Positions 51,901 to 64,000 of a stretch of 64,000 bases of DNA are shown piece after piece. Source of the stretch: Paraspadella gotoi. Taxonomy: Eukaryota; Animalia; Chaetognatha. The translations under genes were made by a program, and so were the position numbers. The notes beneath the pieces were generated by a model. It was not told where the DNA came from and did no database searches. It saw only the letters and a program-made list of their open reading frames with translations. The stretch is from positions 11,237,865-11,301,864 of the forward strand of contig CM119267.1 of the NCBI GenBank assembly GCA_051294375.1, in the 5' to 3' direction. Numbering within the stretch: position 1 is the first letter of the stretch; each line of letters begins with the position of its first letter.

Positions 51901-52794
51901 GGATCCAGTTTACGCGCCTCGCTGACGTCTCTCTCTCTCTCTCTCTCCCCTTTTCTTTTTCTTCTCTCTCTCTCTCTCTTGCGGGCCTGGCTCCTTTCCG
52001 GGGGGGGGAGGTGACGGGGCGCTTCATCAGGGGGACCAGCTCCTTTCTCTCTCCTCTCTCTGCTCTACTAATCTCTCTCTCTCTCTCTCTCTCTCTGTAT
52101 CTCCCTCTGATCTCTTCTCTCTCTTCAAGTTTATATTTTTTTTAGAAAAAAAAATCAAAGTCAAAGTTAAAGAACACGCCGCCCAACAGATCGGCCGTGG
52201 AAATTTTTCTTCTCTCTGTCGTCATCGTCCCCTTCGTCGTCTTATCGTTCGTCCGCTGTGGTCATTCGTCTCGATCTGCATCGTCTCGTCTTACGCGTCC
52301 CGTCGCCTTTCGCTTCGTTCGTCGGATAATGCGACGGATGAGAAACTGAATCACCGATTGAACGAAATGAAAAAACGCGAAATTTCATCGCGCGTCCAAA
52401 TGCTGAAAAAACAAAAAAAATAATTCGATGAAGTTTCGACTTATCGTGCCATGGCCATCGATATCAAACGAGGAGAGATGAGAAAAGAGGAGAGAGAGAG
52501 AAGGATGACGGCACCCGTCGGAGTCAGGCAGAATGACGAAGAGCATGGATAAGACCTGAGAGAGCAGGGAGGAAGGAGAGATGAGACGGAGAGCTCACTG
52601 CCGCGGGCGTCTCACGCACTGAACGGGGTGAGATTCTTTGGGGTCGAGTGTCGCTGCTCGAGTCACCGGGACGAGAAAATTCCGCAGAATCAAATGAAGC
52701 ACGGAAAACAGTTCGTGGGGATGTCCGCCAGATGCGGTTTCAATTTCTCCTCTCTCTCGTCTCTCCTCTCGTCTCTGCTCTCTCTGTCCTCTCT

Positions 52795-52844
<50 letters not shown>

Positions 52845-53547
52845 GACCCCCCATCTACTCAGCCCACCCCCCGAACCAACTCTCACCTCTTTCTCAAGTT
52901 TCATCCTTAATTTCCCGTTTGAGCGCGTGACACAATATATAATGGCCGCCGAAAACAATTTGGAAACCCCGCCCGAATTATCACCGATCGACATTCTCTC
53001 CCCCCCCAATTCCCCTTTTGGCCTTCGGCCCTGATCACTGCTCATTTTTTTTCAACCTTTCTTTTAGTTCGGAACTTTTACATAATTCATTTTTTTAAAT
53101 TTTATAGAATTTATGCAAATTGTTTTTATAGAAATCAAACAAACGACATCGATTCAACGTATTTTTCGTCATTAATATCATAATTTTTATTTCAATTTTT
53201 CTTTCTATTTTTTTCGCTCATCTTTTTTGTTTTCGAAATTCAGGATTTCGTTTATCTCCCCGGCTTAATTCCTCTCACGTGATTAAATCATGATTTTCAT
53301 CAGATTTCGTATCGGTTTGTAATCTTTTTTATTTTGGTTTTTCGGCGCGCCTAATAAGTCAGAAAAATAAACTCATTGAGGAGCGTTTATTAGCAACCCT
53401 CCGTTAGGGTGAATGTCAGGCGCGTATACGGGCGTCGGGTATCGGTGCGCTAACGGTCTGCGTGGAAAAAAACTCGCCGCAAATTTTTTATTCATTTATT
53501 GAAAGTTTTATGTAGCTTCTCTAGTATGCGTTTTTTCTCTCTTTTCT

Positions 53548-53712
53548 TTTTTAGTTGCGCCGGACGGAAGTACTCGCGGAAGCCAAACTCGTATAACGGT
53601 CACTTTTCCTCGTCGCTGGTCGGTCCGCTCGGTCGGTCGTCAGTCTCTGTACCCACCTTACAGTTAAAAACGCTTATAACTTGCCTTAGTGCGGATTGCT
53701 GCATTAGTTAAC
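53548..53712 (+). mobile_element. HINE/DINE-1-like (Helentron-associated) element end
   Basis: T-run, then the AGTTGC...GCAACT palindrome (noisy copy), then a (GTCG/GTCC)n microsatellite. Confidence 0.5.
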
Positions 53713-54557
53713 AAATCAAATATCTAAGCGATACTATAAGGAATAAATCAACATGATAAGTATAAAAGAAATAGTAATGCGACGCAACACCTTGGAATAA
53801 CCGTTCCTTGTGTTCTTTCTCTTCTATTTCTTATCTTTCTTTTCTTTTCTTTACTTTCTTCTTTCTTTCTTTCTTTCTTTAGTCCAGTCCTCTTTCCTAT
53901 TAGTCATTTGATTACCCCTGCCCCTCAACCCATGTCACACGTATTTTCCGTCACACTCAACTTCTTTTCTTCTTCATCCACTTTCATTCCCCCAAATCGA
54001 AAATCGCTTTCTTCAGCCTACGCGCCGTCCCTCCTCCCCCCTAACCTTCCGCCTCCCCTATCTCTCTCCCTTTACCTCTCGCCCCTTCACACATCGATAG
54101 GTAATCACCGCTCTGTCAATATTAACGATCTGAGATCGATTTAGTGAATCCGTTTCTTCTTCTCGTCACTCGGCGTTCTACCGATCCGGCGTTCCATCCG
54201 CGCTCAACATCGTTCCTCTCGCGCGTAATCACTTCGGCGTTCATGCTAAAAAGAAAATAGCGGGAGAGGAGACCCGTTGCAGTTCACGGTCAAGATGAAA
54301 AAGTCGAACCTATCGTCCATTCAGCGCGGTGAATCTTTTTTTAAGACGCACGAATATTGAGGAGAAGACAATGAGAACGAGAGAGAGGAGAGAGAGCGAG
54401 ATGAGATGAGCCACGAGGATGAGACGGAGAGGAGGAGAGAGTGAGAGAGACTTAGAGTGAGATGTGGACGNNNNNNNNNNNNNNNNNNNNNNNNNACTTT
54501 TCTTTTTACTTATCATGTTATTTATTCCTTATAGTCGTCGCTTAGATTTGATTTTTA

Positions 54558-54709
54558 ACAAATGAGCAACAGACTATGGGCAAGTTATAAGCGTTTTTAA
54601 CGTAAATGGGATAGACTGATGGACAGACATACCGACGGACCGACAGACCGACCGACCGACAAGTGACTTATAGAGTTGCTCCGCGAGTACTCGCGGCGCA
54701 ACTAAAAAA
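54558..54709 (-). mobile_element. HINE/DINE-1-like element end (cleaner inverted copy)
   Basis: 30-nt near-perfect palindrome AGTTGCTCCGCGAGTACTCGCGGCGCAACT (54674-54703) next to an A-run and a (GACC/GACA/GACG)n microsatellite. Confidence 0.6.
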
Positions 54710-57088
54710 GAAAGAGAAAAACGATACAGAGAAGCTACATAAAACTTTCAATAATGAAACAAATTTGCGGCAGTTTTTTTTTCCACGCACCTCCGACGCC
54801 CATACGCCCACATTTCACCCTAGCTGAGGGTCTAATAAATCCTTCCCCGAGTTTATTTTTCTACTTATTACGGCCGAAAACAAAATAACAACCGCATACG
54901 AAATCTATGAAAACATATTTAAATCACGTGAGAGGAATTAAGCCGGGGAGAAACGAATCCTGAAATTCGAAACAAAAAAATGAGCGAAAAAGAAAGAAAA
55001 ATTGAAAATAAAAATTGAATTAATGACGAAAACGTTGAATCGATGCGTTTGATTGATTTTATAAAAACAATTTGATAAATTCTAAAATTTAAAAAATGAA
55101 TATGTAAACAATTCCGAACTAGAAAATAAGAGTTGAAAAAAAAAAGAGCAGTCAGGGCCGAAGGCCAAAATGGGGATTTGGGGGGAGGAGATGAATGCGA
55201 TCGGGTGGAAATCGGCGGCGGGGGTTTCCAATTTTTTCGGCGCCATTTATATTGTTGTACGCGCTCAAACGGATAATTAAGATGAAACTTGAGAAAGAGG
55301 GAGAAAGTTGGTCGGGGGGGGGCGGAGATTGGGGGGTCGGGAGAGAGTATGAGATTGATGTAGAGAGAGCNNNNNNNNNNNNNNNNNNNNNNNNNNNNNN
55401 NNNNNNNNNNNNNNNNNNNNNNNNNNNNNNNNNNNNNNNNNNNNNNNNNNNNNNNNNNNNNNNNNNNNNNNNNNNNNNNNNNNNNNNNNNNNNNNNNNNN
55501 NNNNNNNNNNNNNNNNNNNNNNNNNNNNNNNNNNNNNNNNNNNNNNNNNNNNNNNNNNNNNNNNNNNNNNNNNNNNNNNNNNNNNNNNNNGAGGAGAGAG
55601 AGAGGAGGACCGAGAAGAGGAGAGAGAGAAGTCAGCGATAGAGCGGCGTAACTGGATCCCTCAAACATCGATATGGACCGGAGTGATATTTTTTTAAACA
55701 GATTCTTCCGCGCTCCGTCGTTCTCGATCGGTTCCCGTTCGTCAGTCGTCGTCGTCGTCGTCCGTAGTTGAACAACCAAAAGACGATATATTGTTTGGCG
55801 CCAAAGGACGAGGCGGCCTTTCGTTGGTCTGACTATCGTCCCTTTAGACTTCGTGATTCCGTCATTCGGGTCACTGTGACTTTTCACCGTGACTCGATCG
55901 ATCCGCAAAAAATATAAATAAATTAAATGAATACAATAAAGAGCTTTTTTTTGGAGGTCGAAAATGTTTGGCGGAGTGTCTGCTCGTCATTTGGGTGAGA
56001 GGGAGCGGGAGGGGGGGCGACGAGGGGAGAAGGAAGTAAGGCGCGAGGGAGAAGAAGTGGAAGTGGAGGGTCCGGTTTGGGTTTGGGGGCGGGGGAGGAT
56101 TAAGGGAAAGGAGTGGGAGCAGAGGAAGGTCATTGGAGTTTATGGATATAAGGAAAAAAGGGGCATCAGGTATGGTGAAAGGCCGAGTAAAGAGATTTTA
56201 GGCCAGGTTTATATTGGAAGGGATCTAGGCGATCGGAGAAGCGGTAGAGGTAGTAAAGATGGGAAATGACAGGCACAATGAGTTGCGAGGGTTTAGAGTG
56301 TGAGAAAAAATTTTCTGGGGTGATGGAAGCGAAAATAAAAAAGGAGGTTGGAGGAAGAGGAGGGGTAAAGTGTCAAGTCAGGTGAGGAAAAGGTGAGGAA
56401 TCGAAGGAAAAGAAAGCGTAGAAAACGCAAGCGGTTAAGTAGTCGATGAGGAGGAAAGAGGGAAGAAAAACAAGTCAAGGGTGAAGCGAAAGGCGGGGGG
56501 AAAGGCGGGGGGGGGGGTTCGAGTAGAAGTAGAGGAGCGAATGAGGGGTATAGCGTGAACAAGGCTTCGCCCTTGGAACAAAGGCTTAACCAATTAACGA
56601 TAATCAAATAATAATTTTTGATATAAGAAAGTGAAAGTTAGTGAAAGCTAAGGTCTGTTTAAAATACGGTTAAACTTAAAAGCAGAGTTAAGAAAAATTG
56701 AGAAAAATTGTGAAAAGGAGAGAAAATAAGAATTTCATTAAATATGAAAAAAAAAAGTGGTAAAAAAACACGACTAGAGTTGCGCGAGTGTGAAAGCGTA
56801 ATGGATGGAAATTGAGTCGAGGACAGAAGAGAAACGCTCACGGCTTCGAGAGAATATCTTGGATCCGAGAAATCTATGATGCTTGTATCAGCGTTCCATC
56901 AGCCGCGGCTTTCTCTCTTTCTTATTTTTCTTCTTCCCCCATCTTAATTTTACCCATTTCTGCTGCGAGTATTTTTTGTATTTTTCCCTCCGCCTCTTTT
57001 TTCGTTCTAATTCTACAAAACGCATAGTCTATATAAACCTTTTTATGGTACTTATCTTTTTATAAGGTTAATATAAAGTAATATCCTC

Positions 57089-57145
57089 GGACAGACAGAC
57101 CGACCAAAAAGCGCCTTATTGAGTAGCGTCTCGCGACTAAAAAAA
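57089..57145 (-). mobile_element. Second HINE-like end fragment
   Basis: ggacagacagaccgacc...ttattgagtagcgtctcgcgactaaaaaaa: microsatellite, short palindrome and A-run. Confidence 0.45.
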
Positions 57146-57902
57146 CAGAGAGCGAGTTCTACCATTATATTATTTCTCATCGGTTGCTTCCGTTCGCTGA
57201 TGATGATCGAGAGAAAAAAGTAAATATAAGCGAAGAACAACAACGACAAGCGGAGCGAGACGCGATAAAACTTAATTGGATGCGACGCGTCTGTTCGTTC
57301 GAGGTTTGAAAATCGTGAATCATGACCGGTGATTCGTGAACTTTTCATTTAATGTGAACTGAAAAGACTCGGAGGATATAACATCCAAAACGAAAAAAAA
57401 GAAACATTCTGAAAGAAATAATTAAACGTTGTATTCACTCCAAAAAAAATCTTTCTTTTTCACTCTCTCGCTTTCCCCGTCGCCTTTTCTTTTCCTTTGC
57501 TTTTCAGATTAGTTTTCGCGCCTTTTGGGCCGCGTCGATGCATCTTTGTAAGAAAACTTTTTGTAACTGTTTGAGTATTAATTTAGGTTTCTTCAAAAGT
57601 TTACAATTTTTAAAACACTTGTTAATGACACGCGTAGTGATAGTGATTGTGGTCGACACTACGCCGATTACAGTATTCCCCCTCTCTTTATTGTAAATTT
57701 CTGTTAAAAATCATTATCATCCATTATTTATTTGCTCTTTATTTTATCATTTAGTTCCGAACGTTATTTAAAGAACGTCGACGCGTCGTTGGACTTGTCA
57801 GAATTTTATTTTCTTCGTCTATTAATATTCTTTGTCATTTTCACTTTCCAATTTCTCTCTCTCTCTCTCTTTTTTCATTTATTTTTCTTTGCGCAACGGA
57901 TT

Positions 57903-57950
57903 TGCGTCTCAGCGGGGTTCGAACCTGCGACCATCCGGACTCGAGGAAAT
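57903..57950 (-). pseudogene. tRNA-like 3' fragment (SINE head or tRNA pseudogene)
   Basis: Minus strand GGTCGCAGGTTCGAACCCCGCTGAGACGCA has a B-box/T-arm; no matching 5' half. Confidence 0.5.
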
Positions 57951-59252
57951 CCACTCGCGACTTTTGCTATTTTGATTTCCATCTCGGTCTCCCCAAGGGC
58001 GTTGAGAGAAGGAGAGAGGGAGGGAGAGTGAAATATGAAGAGAGAGANNNNNNNNNNNNNNNNNNNNNNNNNGAGAAAGCAGAGAGAGAGAGGAGGAGAG
58101 AGAGAGGAGCAGAGACGAGAAAGAGAGAGAACCATACAGTGGAATTATGGTGTCTTTGCAGTGGTGATGTGAATAGATAAGTTGTGAGAGTGTGGCGGGA
58201 TGGCTAAGAGTGAGAGAATTCCATAATCAGTATGGGCACATTACGAAGTTAACAATATTTAAGAATTATTTGTGCTGAAAACCTTACAGTGGAAAGGGTG
58301 TGTGGTCGAAAACTAAGTCATATAAATTATAGAATGAATATTTAAAAAACTAAATGTAAACCCCATAAAAATTAAATGAATAATTAAATTCTTTAGTGTT
58401 CTGAAAGAAAAAAAGTAGCCTAAATTGTACTATAAGTAAACTTTAAAGGAAAGTTTTTTGGATAAAGAAGATAATATAATTTTTTTTTCAGACCTTAAAT
58501 TATTTGCATGACGTGAGTATTGACAAGATGCTTACAATCTACAAATTATTATTCACCCCTCATAGTTGAACCTAACGTATTTATTCTTCTTCCACCAGCA
58601 GAAAGGATAAACAATTTTTTATGAGTGATACGTGAGAACTGATAGAGTCAGAACAGGGTTACTGAAATAGAGCTGGAAAACTGGTAGACTACTTCACTTT
58701 AACACAATTTTCAATAATAAAATAGTGCGAATTCTTTTTAATTATTTAAACTCTCACAGGCTTTACAAGACATTTTACTTTCAATAATTATTCCCAAAGT
58801 TTAAGGTAATCATTTATTATTTTTTTTTACCAGAAATATAAAATAACAGAAAGTTGTGCTGATTCCTTTCGCTCATTTAAGAAAAAAAAATTAACTACGG
58901 ATTATAAGTTTGTAAGAGGAAGTCAGAATCGTCGAAAATCTTAAAAGGCGAGAATGTTTGAAAAAAAGGGTGGAATTGATGGGTTTCCTAAGATTTCTCC
59001 ACAATGTGAGGTCTGATTAAAGCGAAACTTGTTGATTGTACAATTATTCCGTCATTCCACATCTATCGATATAAAAATATAAGAAAAGAAGTCACTATGG
59101 CTTCTTTTTCTATAGGCGGCTTCCTAAATCTATACCCTCATGGATTTCGGCCCTTTAATACCAATATCTAGGTATAGCCATATACCATAGGCGAAGGACA
59201 TCATGGTAAATGCTGTATGGTGGACTAATAATTTCCACCAACCGTTCATCAA

Positions 59253-59324
59253 GCGGCCATTGGTGCAGGAGCAAGTCATTTCGCCCTCCCAACCCAAAGG
59301 TCGGGGTTCTAGCCCGGTGGTTGC
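59253..59324 (+). mobile_element. tRNA(Gly)-like SINE head or tRNA pseudogene
   Basis: GCGGCCA...TGGTTGC acceptor-like pairing, A-box-like TGGTGCAGGAG, TTCGCCCTCCCAA anticodon-arm-like segment and GGGGTTCTAGCCC T-arm. Followed by a GC-rich body with a CTGTAACAC/GTGTTTACAG hairpin. Confidence 0.55.
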
Positions 59325-59859
59325 CTAGCAGTTAAGAGGGCACGGGGGCGCTTAACCCGCCTGTAACACGGTGTTTACAGCCGATCCGAGCTCAGGGGAC
59401 TGTAATTTGAGTGCTTATATTGAACGTTTTGTCACTAACAGGATAACATAATTACGTCTCTTCATTGCGTTGAAAGCCTGACAAATGAAACTAAGCGAAT
59501 TTTTTCATGGCTTACTTAAACCGCCAAATTTACGGATTGAAAATAAAATTATTGGATCAATCACTCGAATCAATCAAATCAGTTAAATCAATTGTAATTT
59601 TTAGAAGGTTGCTTATTCTTTTTGTCGGGATCACCAATGTAGGAAAACGAAAATAAAAGGGAGGAAAAAGGGTGAGAATTGTGGACGATGTAAGTGCTGT
59701 CCAGCTTCTCTTTATCTTCTCTCTCTCTTTTTCTCTTTTTCCTTTTAAATTATATGTCGCTTTCTCTCTTTTTTTTCTCCGTCGCTGCCTCTTTCTGATT
59801 CATTTAAAAAAAACTAATTAAGCTCTTGCAGCGACTTGGACCTTTAATGTATATGTCGC

Positions 59860-60010
59860 TCTCTTTCTCTCTCTTCTCTTGCTCTGGTCTCTCTTTTGCT
59901 CTCTCTCCTTTCTCTTTTGCTCTCTTTTCTCTTTGCTCTCTCTCTTCTCTCTTTTTGCTCTCTTTCTTTCTCTTTTTGCTCTCTTTTTCTTCTCTTTTTG
60001 CTCTCTCTCT
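59860..60010 (+). repeat. Degenerate (CTCTTTTTGCT)-type pyrimidine repeat
   Basis: Repeated ttttgctctct units. Confidence 0.75.
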
Positions 60011-60074
60011 TCACACACTCATACACGCATGTTTTATATTACGATGAATGATTCATCGGCCGTCAATGAATTAC

Positions 60075-60255
60075 TATTATCGCATTTAATCTTTTGGTTA
60101 TGATCGCATTAATTTTTGGTTATCATTGCATCAATATTTGGTTATTCATCGGTATCAATATTTGGTTTTTCATCGCATCAATAATTGGTTTATCATCGTA
60201 TCAATAATTGGTTATTTCATCGCCATCAATAATTGGTTATCATCGCATCAATAAA
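60075..60255 (+). repeat. ~21-bp tandem minisatellite (TTATCATCGCATCAATAATTGG), about 8-9 copies
   Basis: Direct observation. Confidence 0.85.
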
Positions 60256-60459
60256 TTACTATCTACATCAATCAATCAATACTATTATGTGTAAAATCAA
60301 ATCATTAACTTTTTTGATTAGTAACGTCTCCAAGAATCACTTATACTTTTAAGAATTTTTTTAAATTTTTTTTTTTTTGCTTATCGGTCATCCAAGAGTC
60401 ATCATATTCGGCTAATCTTAAAAAGGTCTTTTCGTGTCTTTTTTAACGTTGGGGAAAGT

Positions 60460-63415
60460 GTTTGCTTACTGTATACAAAAATTGGTCTCAGTTTTTGGTT
60501 TTGGTATCGAATTGGAAAAGTTTCTTAAGAAAAATCGTCAGAGCCCAGCTTTATGTAAGTTCCTTTCTCTTTAAATTCCCCAGATGTCCGAGTCGACGAC
60601 TCCCATTGTCCTCCCCTTCTCCGGTAACCACCAACTTCGATCAGGCTGCGAGGTCGACTTCGTCACCTAGCGGCAGCTCGACGCTGGCATCGACGCCGAA
60701 CAATACTTACCAGAGTTAGTTATCATCCTTCGATCCCGTTGCCTGTTGCTGACGACGCCACTGAGGCGGAGGGGAGGGAGACCTACTACCCCTACTTACC
60801 CCCGAACAGAGACGACCACGGTTTCTTCGATGCGTTAGCGAAGGATCTGAAGGTGCTTGCCTCTTACGGATTTTCGGAGACGGACGAAAATCCCTATACG
60901 GGTAATTGGTCTGAAGGTTCTTTGAAAATTTCGTATAATTTGTTTACTATTTAGGTTATAATAATAATAATACATAATAATAATTATATAATATAGATTA
61001 CCAATACCATAGCCGATTATCAAAAATGAAATAGATGAACTGCTTTGGGGAAATATAACTTTAAAAAATAATTTTATTTTTCTGCTTTCCTCACTCACTT
61101 GACCTTTTTTTGCGCAGAAACAGTTTGACCTTTTGGAGGATTTATGATCGAGTCATCATCTGAACGACCTTCATCTTGGCATGGATATTGGCCCGCATCA
61201 GGTCGAGTTCAGGTTGAAGGACATCATCTTTCTTCGTTCGGAAGGATCCTAAGAAGTTACTCTCGAGTGAAGGAAACTTCTCACCGAATGACAGGAATGA
61301 AAAAAGCGAGATAAAGCTTTCGACGAACAAAATATTGGACCACGTACTGTTTAAAAACGAAATGAGACGAGCATTATGAAGGAAACCGATAGCATTCAAC
61401 TGCGGCAAATGCTGTCAGACATTCGTTTCTTTTGACTCTTTTAAAAATCATTAAATTAAGTGGATGCAATTTCGGAAGAAAGGTCCTTAGATCTGGAACC
61501 AAACTTTCCTCGGAACCCAATCTAGTTCCAATCTATTATTTCGGCAAGAAAATCGATAAATTTTCCACGGGTGACTTCAGAACGGAGAGGCCCGGATCAA
61601 CGAACATAGTTATTATAGACAATTTAAATTTAACTTCACCGATAATTCAACGGGAACAATTCACCAACTGTATTTTCCTTAATCCCGTCGATCACAAACC
61701 TTTCATCGTTTTTCGGTCGCAACGGCAATGGAAATGTTTAGGTCGACCCTCAGCAAACAAATTCGTTCGACAAGCACAGGCGATCACGTACAACAACAAG
61801 TCACCCCATCTCTCTTCATTTATGGATACCTACGGAATTTTTAAATTGGTCTGCCGCGATTCAGAGCCGCGTTCTAACGTTTCGAAAACCGCAGCAATTT
61901 AGAAGGTGACGTCGAACCAGGCTCTTTGATTTTTCAGAGCGAATTCAAAGGGTGAGGAGGAAAAAATCAAGCGGCTAAAAAAGCGTAACAAGGTGATGCG
62001 GATCTTCCGGCAAAGGTCCCTCTAAAATCTAGCCTCTAAAAAAAATCGTGACTAGAGAAGGCTCCAACGTGACTCAGACTTCAGACTATGTGTTTTTAAA
62101 TTAAGTTGTGTATATTGCGAAAAGCGATTTAGTAAGAAGTTTGACTTTGACGCACACCTAAGGATTCAACACCGGCTCGAAAAGCCTTTCCGCTGCAGCG
62201 CTTGTGTCGAAAAGGTTTTCGCTCAGAAGAGTAACGTGAAAAGAGCACCTTTCTTCCCACAAGGTCTGGCCGAACGGCCGGTCTTCTCTCCCTCATAATC
62301 TCTTTGCTGACACGAAGCGGTCAATCTTTGGCTAGAACGTGATCACTTCCTATTTTTTTGCCAGTATTGCGATGAAAGGTTTTTCCAAATTGGCCCCAAG
62401 CTGTCTCGCATTTTAGCGATAAAGCACGAAAGACGAACAATTTTCAAGATGGCAGAGTCGTTCAGTGTGCAACAGATACTTTCAAAAAAAAACTGGAAGA
62501 TTTTTTTAAACCATCTTTAAGGAACACGACCCCCCCGACGGAATTGAAGTTTCGCTGCGGATAAATGCGATTTAATGCTGGATTCCTTACTGAAATTGAA
62601 ATACACCGGAGTCATACATAATATTATTCCCATCATCTGAAGAATCTTTGAATACAAAATTTTCTTGGCGCAAAATGTAAACAAAAGTTTTTCGTCGGCA
62701 AAAGTCATTAAAGGAACATGCAGAATTCCTTCTCTCATGTTATTTCCTTGCAAAACGAGTGGTTCGGATAAGTTTTTTTCATCTCAAAGTATGTCTGAGG
62801 AAGCACCTCCGGTGAGCAGCAACGCCAGTCGATCAAGCCATACATGCGATTTTTGCGGGAAGAGCTTTAAGTCAAAATCAATCCTGGCGTCACATTTACA
62901 CAGACTCATGGACTTCGGTCTACGAATGCCGAGGATTCAAAGTTGTAAGAGACATTTTAAAAAAGAAAAGATCGAATTGAGTCGGCATAGATAACGCATC
63001 ACGACGCAGATTTCATTGCTCCACACTCAGCAATCTGCTCTCGAAATTTTCGCGCGACGGGATCAACTCGCTTACCACCTTAAGAACTGCGGATGGCAGT
63101 TTACCGCCCTTGGAAGTGTCGGATTTGCGGAAAGGATTCCTGAGCAAAAGCCACTTAAACGAACACGTGAATCAGACCCATAAAGGTAGCAGAAAATATC
63201 AAGTGTTTCCGCCTGCGATCGAAAACTTTTAAGACGCAGTCAGTTGGAAAATCAACCTATGTGTCCCCGACTTCCGGATCGGTAAATCTTCGACGTTGAT
63301 CGGAAGCCTCGAATTAATGCGCCCGAAGAGACGCACAGAGCGGAAGGCTAATAAGCGGTCCGGTTGATTTTTGCGGAGCGGGAGAAAAAAACGAGGACCC
63401 ACCGAAGAGGATAAG
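60460..63415 (+). CDS. ZNF341: ZNF341-like multi-C2H2 zinc-finger protein (frameshifted in the assembly)
   Basis: Read across indels: CVYCEKRFSKKFDFDAHLRIHTG.EKPFRCSAC.KVFAQKSNVKRHLSSHKVWP (62107-62271) matches the ZNF341 signature FAQKSNVKKHMQTHKVWP. It is followed by FCQYCDERF and further fingers to ~63260. An isolated upstream finger FNCGKCCQTF...F..HKLSGC (~61395) is present, as in ZNF341. Intron 60902-61117 (GT...CAG). Ortholog versus paralog is not determined. Confidence 0.8.
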
Positions 63416-63772
63416 CGATTTCTATAGATTTTTGACGACTTTTTCGTAGGGTTAGCTTTCGGATTAGATAAAAATTATTAATTCTTTCACTCACAGTGCT
63501 GCGGCAGATAGTTATCAATGCGACCTAGCCAGCTTGATTTGTTGTACGATTTTGTAATTTTTTTAGGCGGACTGAGAACATTTCTGTCAACAATGCTTAT
63601 ATTCTTGCTTACCAAACTGCAACTCATCTTCAAACCGTTCTTATTCAGAGAACGTTTTTTCTGCGAATTTTTTATTTGTAGGATTGATGGACTTTGTATT
63701 GTAAATAAATATTTTCATTTCTTTTCTCTGACTCTTTATTGATTATATTTTATTTTTGCTATACCTTTCCAG

Positions 63773-64000
63773 CCGAGTCGACACTTTGGACCGTTTCCAA
63801 GCGTCATTGTCAACTAAAGTGGCCCTTGTTCTTTCCGTTGTGGCGTCTTACGACGGAGCGAGGTCCACGAGAGCCTCATGCATTGCCTCGTTCACCTTTC
63901 GCGGACTGTGGCGCTGAAGTCACTATGTTCGCCGCCCGATGGCCCCACAGATGCACGTGATCATCACACCAAGGGGGAGCCAATGGAGGGCCCATCAGCG
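63773..64000 (+). other. Possible exon running off the window end
   Basis: Acceptor-like CTTTCCAG ending at 63772, followed by GC-rich sequence; product unrecognised. Confidence 0.25.

Larger units (their letters stand above)
51027..56497. repeat. Large inverted duplication: arm 1 51027-53712, arm 2 54558-56497
   Basis: The reverse complement of 56497-55650 matches 51027-51910 and that of 55370-54558 matches ~52840-53712; differences are mostly indels. Confidence 0.85.

Noticed and set aside
57903-59324. Functional tRNA genes at 57903 and 59253
   Set aside because: The first lacks a 5' half; the second has poor D- and anticodon-stem pairing and a non-canonical T-loop. Both are more likely SINE heads or pseudogenes.

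Overview
Eukaryotic, probably invertebrate, genomic scaffold. It has AT-rich introns, (AG/CT)n, (GAC)n and (TTTC)n microsatellites and degenerate TTAGG-like repeats. The assembly is rough: there are 14 N-gaps (six exactly 25 N), and many stretches look like unpolished long-read fill, so most real genes are broken by indels and the ORF track is mostly noise. All protein calls come from manual translation across apparent frameshifts; no database search was run. Genes supported: a clean ~678-aa low-complexity ORF (minus, 3105-1040); a multi-exon LRR-TM-TIR-like (Toll-like receptor candidate) gene (~12.5-15.4 kb); an intron-containing gene that appears to consist of three tandem BEL/Pao Gag (DUF1759-like) modules plus a triple CCHC knuckle and no pol (~29.9-33.7 kb); a convergent PARP-family ADP-ribosyltransferase-like gene (~35.5-33.9 kb, minus); and a ZNF341-like C2H2 gene (~60.5-63.4 kb). 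Mobile DNA: a non-autonomous LTR element with both LTRs, a PPT and a 5-bp TSD (17602-21266), tRNA-derived SINEs, HINE/DINE-like ends and a possible MITE. There is also a conserved-unit/(CT)n-spacer minisatellite. Several large direct and inverted duplications are probably assembly artefacts. The best candidate for an undescribed system is the putative domesticated multi-capsid Gag gene lying tail-to-tail with a PARP-like gene, near a TLR-like gene.
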